Below, in pieces: positions 35,803 through 49,505 of a stretch of DNA of 64,000 nucleotides (within the stretch, counting starts at the first letter, position 1; each line of letters begins with the position of its first letter). The notes below the pieces were generated by a model. It worked only from the letters and a program-made list of their open reading frames with translations, had not been told where the DNA came from and searched no databases. Where the stretch lies: NCBI GenBank assembly GCA_028534125.1, contig CM052816.1, positions 27,096,001-27,160,000 on the forward strand, in the 5' to 3' direction. A program made the translations under genes and the position numbers. Source of the DNA: Lama glama (Eukaryota).

Positions 35803-38800
35803 TAACTAACTTTTTAAAAAATATTGGTTCTTCTTGAGACAAGGTTGATTTTTGTCAGAATGTAAGCAGCTGGAGGTTCTGCCACTGTTCAGTTCTGACC
35901 GGGGCAGAGTCTCTTGAGAGAATTGCTTAACACTATAATCATGTTCTGAGATTTAAGAGACATCGGCTCTTACCTTTATACTATGGGACCACAAATCCCA
36001 AGACCCTGGACATTAATAGCCCACCCCCAACCCATTTGGTTTCCTGCCTTATATCTGGGACCAATAAATGGCAAAGTAAAGGACAGATACAGGGTAATTC
36101 TACACTGTAGCAAAATTTAGCTTGCTATCTTGAAAACAGTCATACTATTTTGGGATTTTACAGTAAACAAAATTCAGACAGCAGACCAGAGGGGCCATTT
36201 ACGAGTGATAAAATTGCCTGGGTGAGATAAGGCAACTCATAAATGATTCAGGGACATGCATGGGATAAATCTCATTTCTCATACACACGATTCCGAGGAA
36301 GATTCTGTGACGTTCTTGGCTGCTGATAATGTAAGAGAGGAACACATGTCATATTAAGAACCTGACATGGCATTAGAGTGCTATAAAATGTTCAATTAAA
36401 CATAGCAACTGCAGGACAAATGGTACCCAGGATACAGTTCTTTGTTTGCCTTTAAGATCTGCAATGTGTCTTATTTATTGAGGGCAAAGAACATAAGGAT
36501 AGTAAAGTGACAGACTCTAACCAGCTGAAAATATTTGTGTTAGTGTCAAGACAAATAATAAATGGGGCTGCCTCAGGATCTTAGCCTTTTCAAAAGATGG
36601 ACAGAGTTGTGTTTGGTGGATTGCACCTTATGGAATTAGAGCCAACTTACAGAAAACTGCTCCAGCATCTGTCTTCTTTCAAGCCGACTGTCAAGAGGGA
36701 AAAATACTGGGGAGGTGGGGGTAATGAAGAAAGGGATAGAAGACGAGTGAGCGTGGTGGATGAGGGGAGGAGAGAAGAATGCAGGAACAGCTTGCATGTT
36801 TTAAACCCTCAAGATCAGCCGTCGCTTAGAACCTTGACTGCTCCAGAACTTGACACTCGCATTGGCTCTCTGGGGGACCTTTTTCATTGCTCTGCCAGCA
36901 GATTACAGCCACTGAGCTGTGACGCCTCGGCACTTGCCTGACCTGATATAATGGGCAGCTATTTACTGCAAACAAGGTAGATGGAAGAACACAGGCTTAA
37001 ATGATGCTCTGGTGTAAGCAGGAATCCACTGGGATCCCTTGCAAACTAGTCAATCTTCTGGGTTTTTTTTTCCTCTCCCCCCACCCCCCTTCTTCTAGGT
37101 TGGGACTATTTATTTCCTTCCCTCAGGACCAAACTACAGATGCCTGACTCTGAGAAATGCTCCTCTTCCATCCAACCCCCTCTGCCTCCCACTCAAGATC
37201 AATAGAGTGGGTTAGAGAAGCAATTGCATGACAATAAATAAAAAAGAAAACTAAGTTTGGATACTACCACTTCCAACTAACTGTTTTCCAGGCTTGTTTT
37301 TATCTATTACTAGGGGGAAAAAAAAAGAACCGCCCCAGGAGGCCTCTTGGTTAGGCTGTCAGATCGCTTCAATGAGAAACCCAATCAAACTTGATTTGTG
37401 AAGAGTGTCAAAAGCTGTAGTGAATCATGCAAGCTGAAGCCTCCTCATGCGTGTTTCTGAAGCCCATGGATGTTTATTTCTGCTGCATCTAAGAACTAAC
37501 GTTTGCACTCTACGTTTCCTGATCAAGGGAACAGTCAAAATGGGAAGCTGGGGGAAGTGCATGTGAGTGAACGCACAGCTGCACAGCCGGGGGGACTGGC
37601 AGTTTTTCCTTCTATCTCCCAGATCTAAGCCCACTGTAGTAGAAGAAATTATCTAAAAGTCTTTCTTTCATAGCACCTTGGTTTCAAGGAGCCAAAGGGA
37701 TTTTATTTCTCTCATTGAATTTATTTCCTGTTAAGTGAGGTTAGACAGGCAGGTATACTAAAAGAAATCTGAGGCTCAGCAATGTTGGGATTCCTTGTCA
37801 AGGTCACGGTATCCATATTTTCCAGCTTCCAAAATTAGTCTGTTTCTCCCATGGACTTAAAAAAAGCGAAAACAAATTCTTTTCTTGAGTCTTACAAAGA
37901 TTTAAGTGCACAAGTAGGCTGAAAAATCCTTAGTTTGGTCTGAGGTCCCTCCTGCCGCCCGGGATGCAATGTGTATCCTTGTGTCTGTGAATTTCTTTAC
38001 ATAATATAAGGAGCTCAAACCAAGAGGCTCTGTTCCTTGGATCTCTACCAGGAATGAAAGCCAGGTTCCTATCGGAAACTGATTCTGGTTTTTTTCTTGT
38101 AAGTAAAGCCCACATTATTTATAGAGGAGAGAGCCATTCTCTAATTTTATTATCACATTGTAATAGCTATGTTGAACATTTACATTATGGTAAATAGAAG
38201 GCCGTATCTGGTTTTCAATGTCACACACCAAAAAGAGTCATCTTTTAACACTGCCAATTCTCCTTATTCATTCTTTCAGATACTTTTATAAAACTTCCCT
38301 GTCACTTGATAATTATTTATGATAAAGTGGAAGTAGAGTGAAACAGACACTTGAAATCCACAGATAACCTCTACCTTCAATGCAGTTGATCCTTTCCAAC
38401 CCATCTTTCCCCAGAACTATTTCCTGGCAGGGAAATTACTTTGCCTCAGTAAAATCCACTGTTCCTTCTCAAATTGGCATCAGTGCAGGCCAGAGGCAGA
38501 GGATCTAACAGGTTTTTCTTTCCTTTTCCTTCTTTTTTCTATTTTGAAAATTTCTCTGTATCTGATTTCTTCTTGTGACCTTGAGCTGAGCTCTTGGAAG
38601 GCAAATCATCGTTTTGCACGTTATGAGCACAAGAGTCAATTCTCTTTCCTTTTTTCAGGCTGCCAAGAGTGATCTCATGTTCTGGGCTACTTTCATATTT
38701 TCAAATAAATTATTTCCAAGACTCGTATTCTCATATCTGTTCTGAGAAATTCCACTCTTGGCCGTGTGTTCTGTCAGTGGACTGGTCAGAGTACATTTTC

Positions 38801-39273
38801 ACAGCTACAGTTTTGCCCTGGAGAAATGGAATAAAGGACCAGTGTTTGGGCTCCTACATAGGAAAAGAAACGCAGGCTTTGTGATCCCCACCCAGAACTC
38901 AAACCTGTTAAACAATTTTGTTTTAAATTAGAATGGTAACTCTGTGAGAAATACTTCGTGTTGCATAGAAAGGTACAATTTTGGGGCCATTTTCTTCTCT
39001 TCTGACAAAAAATGATTGTCATTCTTCAACCTTGCAGTCAAGGAGCACAATATATAGGACCAGGGTACCAATAGCTGGTAGATGAAGCCAGCCTCCTGGG
39101 TGTGTGTGGCATTCTGTCTTCGCTATATGTGTATGTGTGATTTATTTCATAGACTATACACACTGAAATAGGAAGTGAGCAAGGCTTGAAGGTAGAAATT
39201 TGGGTTAACAATGCCATCCAGATGTGCAGTGATATGTCCCATGTGTTATCAGCTGCCCCAATTTGTTGTAAAG

Positions 39274-39450
39274 CAGGTTTCCTCAACGTGAACACTATTG
39301 ACATTTTAAGCCAGATAATTCTTTGTTGTGAAGGCTGTCTTGCGCATTGGAAGAGATTCAGTAGCTTATTTGGCTTCTACTCACTAGATGTCCCCACCTC
39401 CCCAAGATGTGACTATCAAAATCACACTGCCAAATGCCTCCCAGGGTAAT
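39274..39450. mobile_element. MER20 (hAT-Charlie)
   Basis: ctcaacgtgaacactattgacattttaagccagataattctttgttgtg...tctactcactagatg. Confidence 0.85.
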
Positions 39451-39499
39451 ATATGGCATGAGCTCCCAGTAGACTGGCATTCTGAATCACATTTACAAG

Positions 39500-39935
39500 G
39501 AAGTTCTGAAGCCACTATGTAAGCCAAGAAGGTGTGAAGCTCAGATCTCCCTTCCGGAGGGAACCTGCTGGGAGGAGCCTCCAGCTGCCACGGTGGTCAG
39601 GCTGAGGCCATGCCTTGCCCATGCTGTTCTCACTGAGTGACTCAATACAACAGGGCATTGGAGCTGGGCCATGTCTGCCCAACATGGAACCCCTCACATG
39701 AGCAAAGTGTATTCGTGCTGCCCATGGCCTGGCTGAAACCTCCTCAGAGCTGCACTGTAATCTGAGGCTCTTTCTACCTAATCCTCCTTCCTGCTACCTC
39801 TCCTTTCCCAGGTGTCATGATTTACAGATCTCACAGCTTTTCCATGTTCCTTCTCCCCTCTTTATTTCACAGGCACATCTTGCATTTCTCATTTGGTCTT
39901 GGATCTATTTCCTGGATTACCTGACCTGATGCAGC
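39500..39935 (+). mobile_element. LTR16-like ERVL LTR
   Basis: gggccatgtctgcccaaca...ggcctggctgaaacctcctcagagctgcactgtaatctgaggctc. Confidence 0.75.
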
Positions 39936-40201
39936 CGCCATTACATGTGTACAATCCTAGCTTTCACGCTGTCCTCCAAACACTTTGAAATTCTATCTCC
40001 AGCAGTGCCTTTGCAAACGCAGTTTCTTTGTGAAATGTGCTTCTCACTGCTCTTTGCATAGCTTGTTCCACCATTCAGGTCTCAGATTACATGTTCAATC
40101 CTTAGCAAAGCCTTTTCTGACACAATCTAGAACCACCTCCAGGCAGGGTCCATCCTATCACCCACTTTGATGTTCTTCTTAGAATTTTTGGTTGATTTTT
40201 T

Positions 40202-40863
40202 AATGATGCATTTTATTTTATTTTGATTTTTAAAAATTGAAGTATAAGTATAGTCAATTTACAACGTTGTGTTAATTGCTGTTGTATAGCAGAGTGATTC
40301 ATTTATAAATATACAAATATATATATTTCTTTTCATATTCTTTTTCATTATAGGCCATTACAAGCTATTGTATATAGTTCCCTATGCTATATAGTAGGAC
40401 ACTGTTGTCTATCTATTTTATATATAGTAGTTAGTATCTACAAATCCCAAACTCCCAGTTTATCCCACGCTACCCCTTTTCTTCACTGGTAGCCATAAAT
40501 TTGTTTTCTATGTCTGTGAGTCTGTCTCTGTTTTGTAATTTAGTTGTTTGTATCTTTTTTTTTTTTTAAGATTCCACATCTAAGTGATATCACATGATGT
40601 TTCTTTCTCTTTCTGGCTTACTTCACTTAGTATGACAATCTCCAGGTTCATCCATGTTGCTGCAAATGGCATTATTTCATTGTTTTTTTATGACTGAGTA
40701 ATACTCAATTATATATATACACCACAACTTCTTTATCCAGTCATCTGTCAATGGACATTTAGGTTGCTTCCATATCTTGGCTATTGTAAATAGTGCTGCT
40801 ATGAACATTGGGGTACATGTGTCTTTTCAAATTAAGAGTTTCCTCCAGATATATGCCCAGGAG
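40202..40863 (-). mobile_element. Lineage-specific L1 3' fragment with 14-bp TSD, inserted in an L2
   Basis: ttggttgatttttt at 40188-40201 and 40864-40877. Confidence 0.95.
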
Positions 40864-41799
40864 TTGGTTGATTTTTTTGTGTGTGTCTATCTGTTTCCTT
40901 CCTTTAGAAAGTTCCTTCTGTACAGGGACCATGTGTCTTGCTCAACACTGAACTTCTGGTGTCTATGACCTGAAAAATGGGCGGAAACTAGACTCCAAAG
41001 CTCTTGCTCTTAGTCTCCTTCACCTACAAAATTTGTTATCAAGTAATGATTTCAAACTGGGTGGCTCTCCCTGGTTTAGAGGATATTCCTAGCTTGTTTC
41101 TTTGACAAAGATTTAGATTTGGTTATAAATGAATCACATACTTATGGAGAATTCGAAGTGTTTCACAGCACTGGACAAAAGAGAAATATAAAACATAATT
41201 CCTTTCAGAACACACACAGGAATTAAGAAGTTATGCAGAAAAACCCCAATGAAACAGCAAGTGGGCAATTTTAGCTATGGCTCTGCATGGAGGGGAAGTG
41301 GAGCAGGGTGTTTGAAGGACAAGTAAAGATCTGATCCCTAATGGACAGAGCACCTTTGCACAGCATCCAGATCAGAAACATTATTTTGCTAACAGTGATG
41401 AGGAAACCAGATAAGGAGATGGTTGTGGCATGTGCAGGGACCTAGGGAGCATATCTGAAGAACCTGAGAGGAGCCACAGTTGATTCCCCATCCACTTTTC
41501 TGGATTAGCATGATTTTTATAGCAGTGGTGACAAATCATAGCTAGTGAGATGAAGACCTTGTAATTACAGACAGGTATCCAATTCATGATTATTATAAGG
41601 AAGTGGCCATTATGATGTGGTCTAATGTGAACTGGCCTTTACAGGGGCTGGCCTCAAACAGAGAATAGGATAGCAGATGATCTGGGTAAAAGCTAGAGAC
41701 AGAAGGAGACCCACAGCATTTCCCCTAGCTATGCATGAGGGAGGTTTGGAATTCATACAACTGCCTTGATGTTACATCTGTTTATTATTTGTGTCCATT

Positions 41800-42185
41800 T
41801 TGTATGTGTATGTGTTCATAACTATGGCCAACAGAATGAAGAAGTGACAGGGTCCAAGCCAACCCCAGGCCCTGTTCTCTTAAAAGCCCTGCCTTCACCA
41901 GGTGAATAAGCCCTCCAGTCCTGCTAGAGCTTGAGAGCCCTCATGAATCTGATCAGCCAGTTGTCCCAACCAAGACCACAGAGATGTGAGAGAGCCCAGC
42001 CAAGATCACCTGATCCATCTGCCTCTCCTGTAGCTGACTGTCATGAGTTCAGCTGGGTTCAAACCTGGCCCAGATAAGCAGAACCAGACCCCTCACCCAC
42101 AGATTTGTGAACAATGGTAAATGGCTGTTATTTAAGTCACTAAATTTGGGAGTGATTTGTTACACAGCGGTAGATAACTCATCAC
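41800..42185 (+). mobile_element. MLT1 (MaLR) LTR
   Basis: agagcccagccaagatca...taagtcactaaatttgggagtgatttgttacacagcggtagataac. Confidence 0.8.
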
Positions 42186-43539
42186 TGTTCATGTGTGTAC
42201 TTACAATCTTGTTGGGTAGGTTGAATGAATCTGCTCAACAGGAAATCTGACCAGAATGGAGAAAGTGCTTTGAGTGGGTTGCAGCAGAAAAAGGAGATAA
42301 CAAGGAGAAAGGGATTTGGGGTGGACCTTAGTGTCTATGCACGATCTAACTAAGTGGGATTAATGGGTGAAGCCATTCTAGGCAGAGGAAAGATGCAGGT
42401 AAATGTGTGAACTTGAGGTTGAGAGCATAATGTGGGTAGAGGACAGTAACAAGACAGGCCTTGCCTGCAGTGAGTGGCTTCAGGAGGCTACTCTAGTGGT
42501 GGTGGTGGTAGTGGTGGTATGTGTGTGTGTAAGGGGAACAATGGAACCTTGTTTTTTGCCAAAGGTGTACTGTAGATTTAATCTCTGTTGATAGTATCTT
42601 CTGATCATTCAGTTTTCTTCTGCAATGTCTTATCAAGGGGACTTGTGAACTGTCAGTTCTGTCCTCTCAGTTGGCTGGAGGCTGGGTAGGTGCTTCGGCC
42701 CAGCTCAGCATGGCCTCTCTCCAGAGTACACTTGGTTCTTTGGGACAGAAGCATCTCTACTGTGAGGATGAAATTCACGTTGTTTCCTTCCTATATACTA
42801 ATTCTAAGTCACAGACAACTTTTATGTCTTAACATTTTGCTTTTCTGTAGGAATTCAGAGATGAAAGCTGGCAAGGGGCTGCTGTGCTAATGAGCAGCTT
42901 CTCTACAAGGTCCTGGGACCATCACCTGCATCTGCTTTTCTGTCACTGTGGTGGCCATGGTGCCAGCAATCAGTGATGGCCAAGCCTTCTTCCTCTGCCT
43001 ATACAGCCTCTCTAGGAGCATCCTGGTAGCAAAAATTCCAGGAAAAAAATCTAACTCCTTACATTATTAGAAGTGTTTTGTTCTCTAACGGTTTAAGAAC
43101 ACAATCCAAGACGGCTCCACGTTACTGCAGTATAATCCCACTTCTCTGGCAAGTTTCTCCACTGTCAAACAGTCTGAGTCTTTGTCCAAGTTGAAGGTAA
43201 TGCAGAGTCAATGCTGTTCAATGATAAGGATTCATTTCACTCCGGACATAAAACAGGGAGAGCTGATACATCACTATTTAGGTTTCTGGTAGCTACAGAG
43301 AGCCTGCCCAGCTCCCACCACCCTGTTTTCTTACTCTGCCTCTTACTACAGCAAGAGTTTTTAGGAATCCATGCAAGAGGAAGCCACCTGACTTTTGCCA
43401 TTATTTTGATAACCTATTACCACTAATCTGAGATCTCAAAAAAATTGCAAAAGGTTAATAAAGGAGGTGAGTTTGGTGGAGGAGGACAACATACGTACAT
43501 GGTATACGTACATTTTAAAGCTGTTTGCCCCAGGTTGGT

Positions 43540-43985
43540 GTAGCCCCTGTCTAGCCTGCCTGTAGCTCATCTCCTGTTATACGCTTGGCTACTCCCTGTG
43601 TGTCAACCCTGCTGGCTTATCTGAGTTCCTGGACCTGCATTCGTCCCTCTTGCCATGCGAATGACTGACTTGTTCCCTCTTTCCTCTCTGCCCTCTCTGC
43701 CCTTTGTGTGTCAGTAACTCGGGTTTTCAGATCTCAGCTTCGATCTTACTTCCTGAGTGAAATCTTCCCCCGAACTTTCAGTTATAAACTCTTACAGTCC
43801 TCTCATTCAGAGAACTTGCCATATTTCCACTTTATTTGGGTTTATCATTTGATTTATGTCTGTCTCTTATATTAGACTAAATAATCCAGGAGGACAGGTA
43901 TGGCACTTTTTTTCTCATTGTTCCATCTCCAGTGCCTGGTACATAGCAGGTGCTCAGTAAATATGTAACGAATGAATGAATGAAT
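43540..43985 (+). mobile_element. L2 3' end
   Basis: cagtgcctggtacatagcaggtgctcagtaaatatgtaacgaatgaatgaatgaat. Confidence 0.85.
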
Positions 43986-44999
43986 CAAAGATCTTCTCTG
44001 ACAAAGAGCATGAGATACCCAGTGACTATACCTGCTAGAGATTTCTCCTGTATACTTGCCATGACCCTCTACTGATGTCTGAAAAACAGTACAGGTATGT
44101 GAATTTGTTCTGGAAAACTGAGTTTTGCTATTTTCTCAGGATGTACCATGGAAATTCTTCCATGATGAGGTTTTATAAAATGCTTTCTTGAAATCTTTGT
44201 GGAACAAAATCAAGTCTGGGCTTTCACCTTCCTTGAATTGTGCATTTAGCTACTGATTTTGCCCTGGAGGATTTGGATAATAGACATTTTCCTTTAATCC
44301 TTACCCCAGCCCTCCCTCTACATTTCGTAATAGTGAATGATGCAATTCAAAATTTAAATGCCAAACAACAGAAATTATGGACAGCACTTGATGAATGAAC
44401 TTCACAAACTAATGAAATGAAATGTTTTAATTAAAGTTTTCCTAGTGTGATTGAAAACACATTTGCACTGTAAATTTAGGATAAGTTCAAACAACTCAAG
44501 GTGATTTACACATTAGAGAGGATCCAAATAAGATGCAAGATGCTATTGCACAAATGTGAGTACCTCAAATGAACCATGGATTATATTCTTTTAACCTTCA
44601 AAAGACCTCTACAGACAAAAAAATGGACTTCTTCCTCTGTATCCTCCCCGTTTAAGCATTCCAGATCTTCTTTGAACAGATCTATCCATGAGTAGTCAAA
44701 GTCATTTCAGCCCTGGCACTGTCTTGCTAAGCCATGTGGCTTTCTCTAATACATCATTGCCACTGTCAATGACTCTGAGAAATGAGCATCCCCAAGCCTC
44801 CAGCTCCCCTAGCTTGCATAATTTGGCAGTACAATCCCAGGGTGCCCCAGTCTTTTGGTAGGGCTCCCTCAGTCTTTTGTCCTGGTACTTAAGCACTTAG
44901 GACTTTAAGAAAACTCTTACAGTCATTTCCAGCCCTGTGCAAATGATTAAAACACTGGGGCAGAACCTCCTCAAAGACCATAGGTCTAGGGAAGTAGAT

Positions 45000-46200
45000 G
45001 TGAAGTTCAATATTGACAGTGTGTCTGAGTAAACGCCCATCTCTGATGTGGCTTTGGCATCCTTACACAGCCAAACAACGCCCTTCCTGATCAGGTACAT
45101 ATGGTGGGTGAGCTGCTGCCTTGTTTCTTCTTTTGTTCTATTTGGCTGCTCGTCACTTCTTGTACAAACAAGTGCTTATGCTAATGGAAAGATATATCTC
45201 AACTTTAAAAAAGGGTGTAGTGATCAGTATCCATCATCTTTCCAAGTGCCGTGTCACTACATCAATTAATACAATTGAGCAAAAAATGTCACGGGCCCAG
45301 TGGAAAAACCTTTTCACAGCCTTTCAGGGGGAAGTTTACTTGCAGCTTTTTTCCCTTGCATTAGCTCCTGTCATCTACAAAACAACCGACCCAGTGGTGT
45401 CAATTATATTTGATTGACTGAGTAAAGCACACACACAAATAAGCGAAAACAATGGACACAAAAATCTATATATGACTCCCCTTGTCAAAGAGAGTGCTTG
45501 TCTTCTCCATTTTCATGCGCACGGTGTCCTGCTGCTCCTGGCTTAAATGTTTCCTTCAGCCCCCAAACTATCACCAATTAAGTTAGCAGGGTCTTCAAAG
45601 GTGTCAAACGACTCCCTAGGCAATCGGCTCTAACTGCTGTTCAATAAATGAGGTCTAATTTATCAGTTTAACTTCACTTCTAAAAATCTAATGCTTCACA
45701 GTGCTGGGCACTGTTTACCTAGACTGAGTCTCAGTCTTAGCCGGCAGCATGGGCAAAAGTTATGGCAGGTCTCGTAATGATCGCACATTTTGCTGGGTGC
45801 ATACTGTTTGCCCCTTTTGCTAATTTCAGTGTACACTTTCCAACTCTTGCACTTATCACCTGGCACGCATGCATGTGTGAACTCCCCACAGGCCAGCATC
45901 AAACCCGAGTCTGGACTCTCTTTGGTGCCGACAGTTAATAATAGGGGAGGAGAAGCAGAACCTGTCTCTCTTATTTACATTCTGCCTTTGTGTTGTCACT
46001 GTGTAGAGACTCACATTTTTAAAAACTCCAGGAGGTTAACTCTGGCAGCTGAACAGGAAATGAACGTATGGGCTCCTGTTCCTAAGTAAATTAAATAGGT
46101 ACAGATTTGGCAAAAGGACTGTTTAAGTAGAAAGTCTTACAGATACACGGTCCAGAAATTTTAATTAACGACTCGTAAGTGCAAATCATTCAAATCCATT
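45000..46200. promoter_or_regulatory. Repeat-free, enhancer-like non-coding block
   Basis: No recognisable repeat; retained CpGs; dense TGTCA, TGATTGAC and AACAATGG motifs. Confidence 0.45.
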
Positions 46201-47459
46201 GATGAGACAAAGAAAGTGGTAATTTAAAGCTCAACCGTTCTAACTGCATTAGAGTTGTTCATATTTAATGTATCTTATTATCAAATAAACATAATAAGCA
46301 AGATCGATTAAAAATATTTCTTGATGGTTTGGACAGGGAATTAGATGGAGACTTACTGGGTATATATGTATATATATCCTTGTAAATATAGGTTTATTTG
46401 TAGAGGAAGAATATATATAAAAGTTGGGCTGATGTGAATAGGCATGCATTCTATTTTAAAAATGTGCCTGAGTACATGGTGACTGTGGAGATGCTTTCAT
46501 ATTAGTGGGAGGATGTGACATTTGCAAATACTCGTAAATATGCAGCTTTATCTCAGGTAAGGGGTAACTGGAATTTGGATAAAAATCACATTTGTAAGCA
46601 AATTTACATCATAACATTTTTCCACGATCCTAAAGTATTTCTGACAGACACCACACATGATACATAACCAGGGGCAACATTTTATTATTAATATGCTTTC
46701 TCTGGTGCCTCAGTGAGCCCATTAACTTTGCCCTAATCCACCTGAGGAATCCATTTGCCTAAAGGAAAATTAAGATTTGGCTACAGAAAGCAAGCTAGTA
46801 GAAAAAACATATTCTTTAGCTCCTGACATGCACAATAAAATTTTATAGTGGGAAAAATAACCCCAGAAACCAGGCTGCAGATGGGATTTTACCAATTCTT
46901 TTGTTTCCCTATAGCATAGCAAAAACCAGGAGGACCTGGATCAGAGAGTTTTCTTGTGGCATAGAGATCCCATGATGATATGGTAATATACAGACAAGAC
47001 AAGGAAAACTTTTTTCTCTCTCCCACCCCTCTCTCTTTCTTTCTATCTCAAGTTAGAGAAACTGTGGAAGAAAAAGAACATGCGAAAAGAGAGGAAGCTG
47101 ATTCTTCCTTCTGATGCTTTGGCCAGGAGATGGGGAGCTGTGTGAGATAAGAGAGTGTAACAGTGAGGGAAGATGGGGCGCGTACACAGAGAAATTGGGT
47201 GGGCACAGTCAGCTGGAGGGATTCAGCTGTCTTAAGATTTCGTTTTTTCCACCTATCCTCACTTTCCAACTTCAGTCCCCCACCACACAGACCTCTCTGA
47301 CTGTCCTGACCAGTGAAGACTCCCATCACTACCTACCACTTCCAACTCAGTATCATACATATAGTGTGGGGCTTGGTTATTTTCCATGTGCTTTATCTAC
47401 AGTAGTTTTTTAGCTTGTTAATTTATCCATATTGGGGTTCATATTTTATTATCTTATAT

Positions 47460-47620
47460 GAAAGCATAGACTATAAGAGTCAAACAGATGTGTGTTTGAA
47501 CCCCTATTCTGCCAGGTGTTAGCTGTGAAACATTGAACCTGTTTGCTCACCAGAAAATTGGTACAATTCTTATCCCGTAGAGTTGTTTTGAGAAAAGAAT
47601 TAATTTACATAGTGGATTTA
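47460..47620 (+). mobile_element. MIR
   Basis: agcatagactataagagtcaaacagatgtgtgtttgaacccc...agctgtgaaac. Confidence 0.65.
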
Positions 47621-49353
47621 GCCCAGGAACTGATACTCTTCCTTGCTCAAAAATATTTGATGGCTTCTCATTTACCCACAAGAAAGACGTCCAAAAACAT
47701 AACATACATGGTCTTGCCCCTGCCTACCATTCCCATGCCATCTGCCTGTCTCTCTTTACAAAACTAAACTCCAAGCAAGACCATAAAATTTTGTAATCAG
47801 TATCTTTCATAAAATGTGAATAAAAGCAAAGTAGAAAGATTTGTCAAGAGGTTCATTTGACTGAAATATAGCTTTCTACCTACGAAAGTAATCACTACTG
47901 TTATCCTGCCCAGTAAAACCTTATGTTGTGTCTGCACACATATCTATACCAAGGTCTAGGTTTCGAACATCTCACAGTTAATTAAGAATGAGTCAAAAGT
48001 TTCTTTTCCTTCTTGAAAAGGAACAGTGATCCAACAGAGTTAACAAAATATAAAATCTATGATATTTGTGTGTTTGACCAAGGGTACAATAACCTTATTT
48101 TTATACAGTAACAATAGTACATAACATTATTTTCTATTTTATGATGAACTGAACTATTTTATGTCATCATTTTGAAAAAAACTTAAATTGCTAGCATAGT
48201 AAACTTCCCATAGGTCTCTCGATGTGACATGCTGTATCATGCTCCCATCCTTTGCTGTTCTACCCTCTTTGCATTGAAGACCCTTTAAGTATATTGTCTT
48301 TATAAAACTGCAACCTCCCCAAGGCAAAACTGAGCCTCTTCATTGAGAGCATCCCTGGAGCCCATAATGCTCCATAGAACTTCTTCACATTCCTTTTATT
48401 CACATGCCTTGCTCTTGAAAGTCATAAACCTTTGAGGGCAGGGACAGTGTCTTACTCATCTTTATATCTTGAGTACACAGTATCTGGCCACATGGGAAGT
48501 ATTCAGTTAATATGGAGTGAAAAATGATCTTTCCCCAAAAGCAAAAAGAACATAGTAAGTTCTCAGTTAATATTTGATGGACAGAAAGATAAGGTTTTTA
48601 TTAAACTTGAAATTGAGTTGGCTATGTAATCACAAAGATGTGATTGGACAACTCTTACCACCTCAAATTTTAATTTCATAATATTCATCCACTGTCAGTA
48701 TTTCAAATCCTTCAAGGATATGTACTTCTCTCCTCAATAGATCCCAATTAGTACTGTTTGAGTAAATGCTTACAGGAAACAGTTAATCAAATATGTTATT
48801 CATTTGGAACTTTGCCTTACTGTCAACATTAATAATATTAGGTGCTATAGTTCTCTGTATCCTATATGTGTGTATAATTTAGACTCCTGGTTAATAATGG
48901 ACTATGAGCTGCAAACCACAATGACACAGCTGTTATCAGTTTTCATGCCTTTCTTGAGTGACTTGAGGTTATATCTTCTATTTCATAAAAGGGAGGGCAG
49001 CTAACAGATGGAATTTTAAACAAATGGCTGTCCTCAGAATGTCCTGCACAATTAACACCATATTCCTGCTGCAAGGCCAGTGAAGCCCAGCTATAAATGA
49101 TCCTGTTGGAGACAGTTTGGAGGTGCTCTATGTTGGCATTAGGAATTTTTGCAGGCAGGTAGCAGGGCTCAAAGCAACGGCTCAGCTCTGAAGTCAAGCC
49201 TCCATTCTTTCCTGGTAGAAGAACTGAGCAGGACCTGATCCTGAGGGATTCAGAACTAGACAGATTTTCAGACAAAGACCCTAGCCCAGAAGAACACAGC
49301 TTGGACTGACTTCTAAAAATCAACTGGATGTTCTCAAAGATGCAGAGAGAGAG

Positions 49354-49505
49354 CAGAGCTTCCCAGACTTCAGTGTGCATACAAATACTGTGGGGCTCTT
49401 TTTAAAATGCAGATTTTGATTCAGTAGTAGGTGTAGCCTGAGATGCTGTATGTCTAACAAGCTCCCAATAATGCAGGGGATACTCATACTCCTTTGATGA
49501 GCAGG
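49354..49505. mobile_element. MER5-type hAT-Charlie MITE
   Basis: cagtgtgcata...ttaaaatgcagattttgattcagtag...gcctgagatgctgtatgtctaacaagctccca. Confidence 0.8.

Noticed and set aside
38640..38700. Strong plus-strand acceptor ttctctttcctttttcag
   Set aside because: No convincing paired donor or recognisable reading frame.
48943..49380. 145-aa minus-strand ORF
   Set aside because: ATG lies within a MER5 element; no recognisable homology or coding-like composition.
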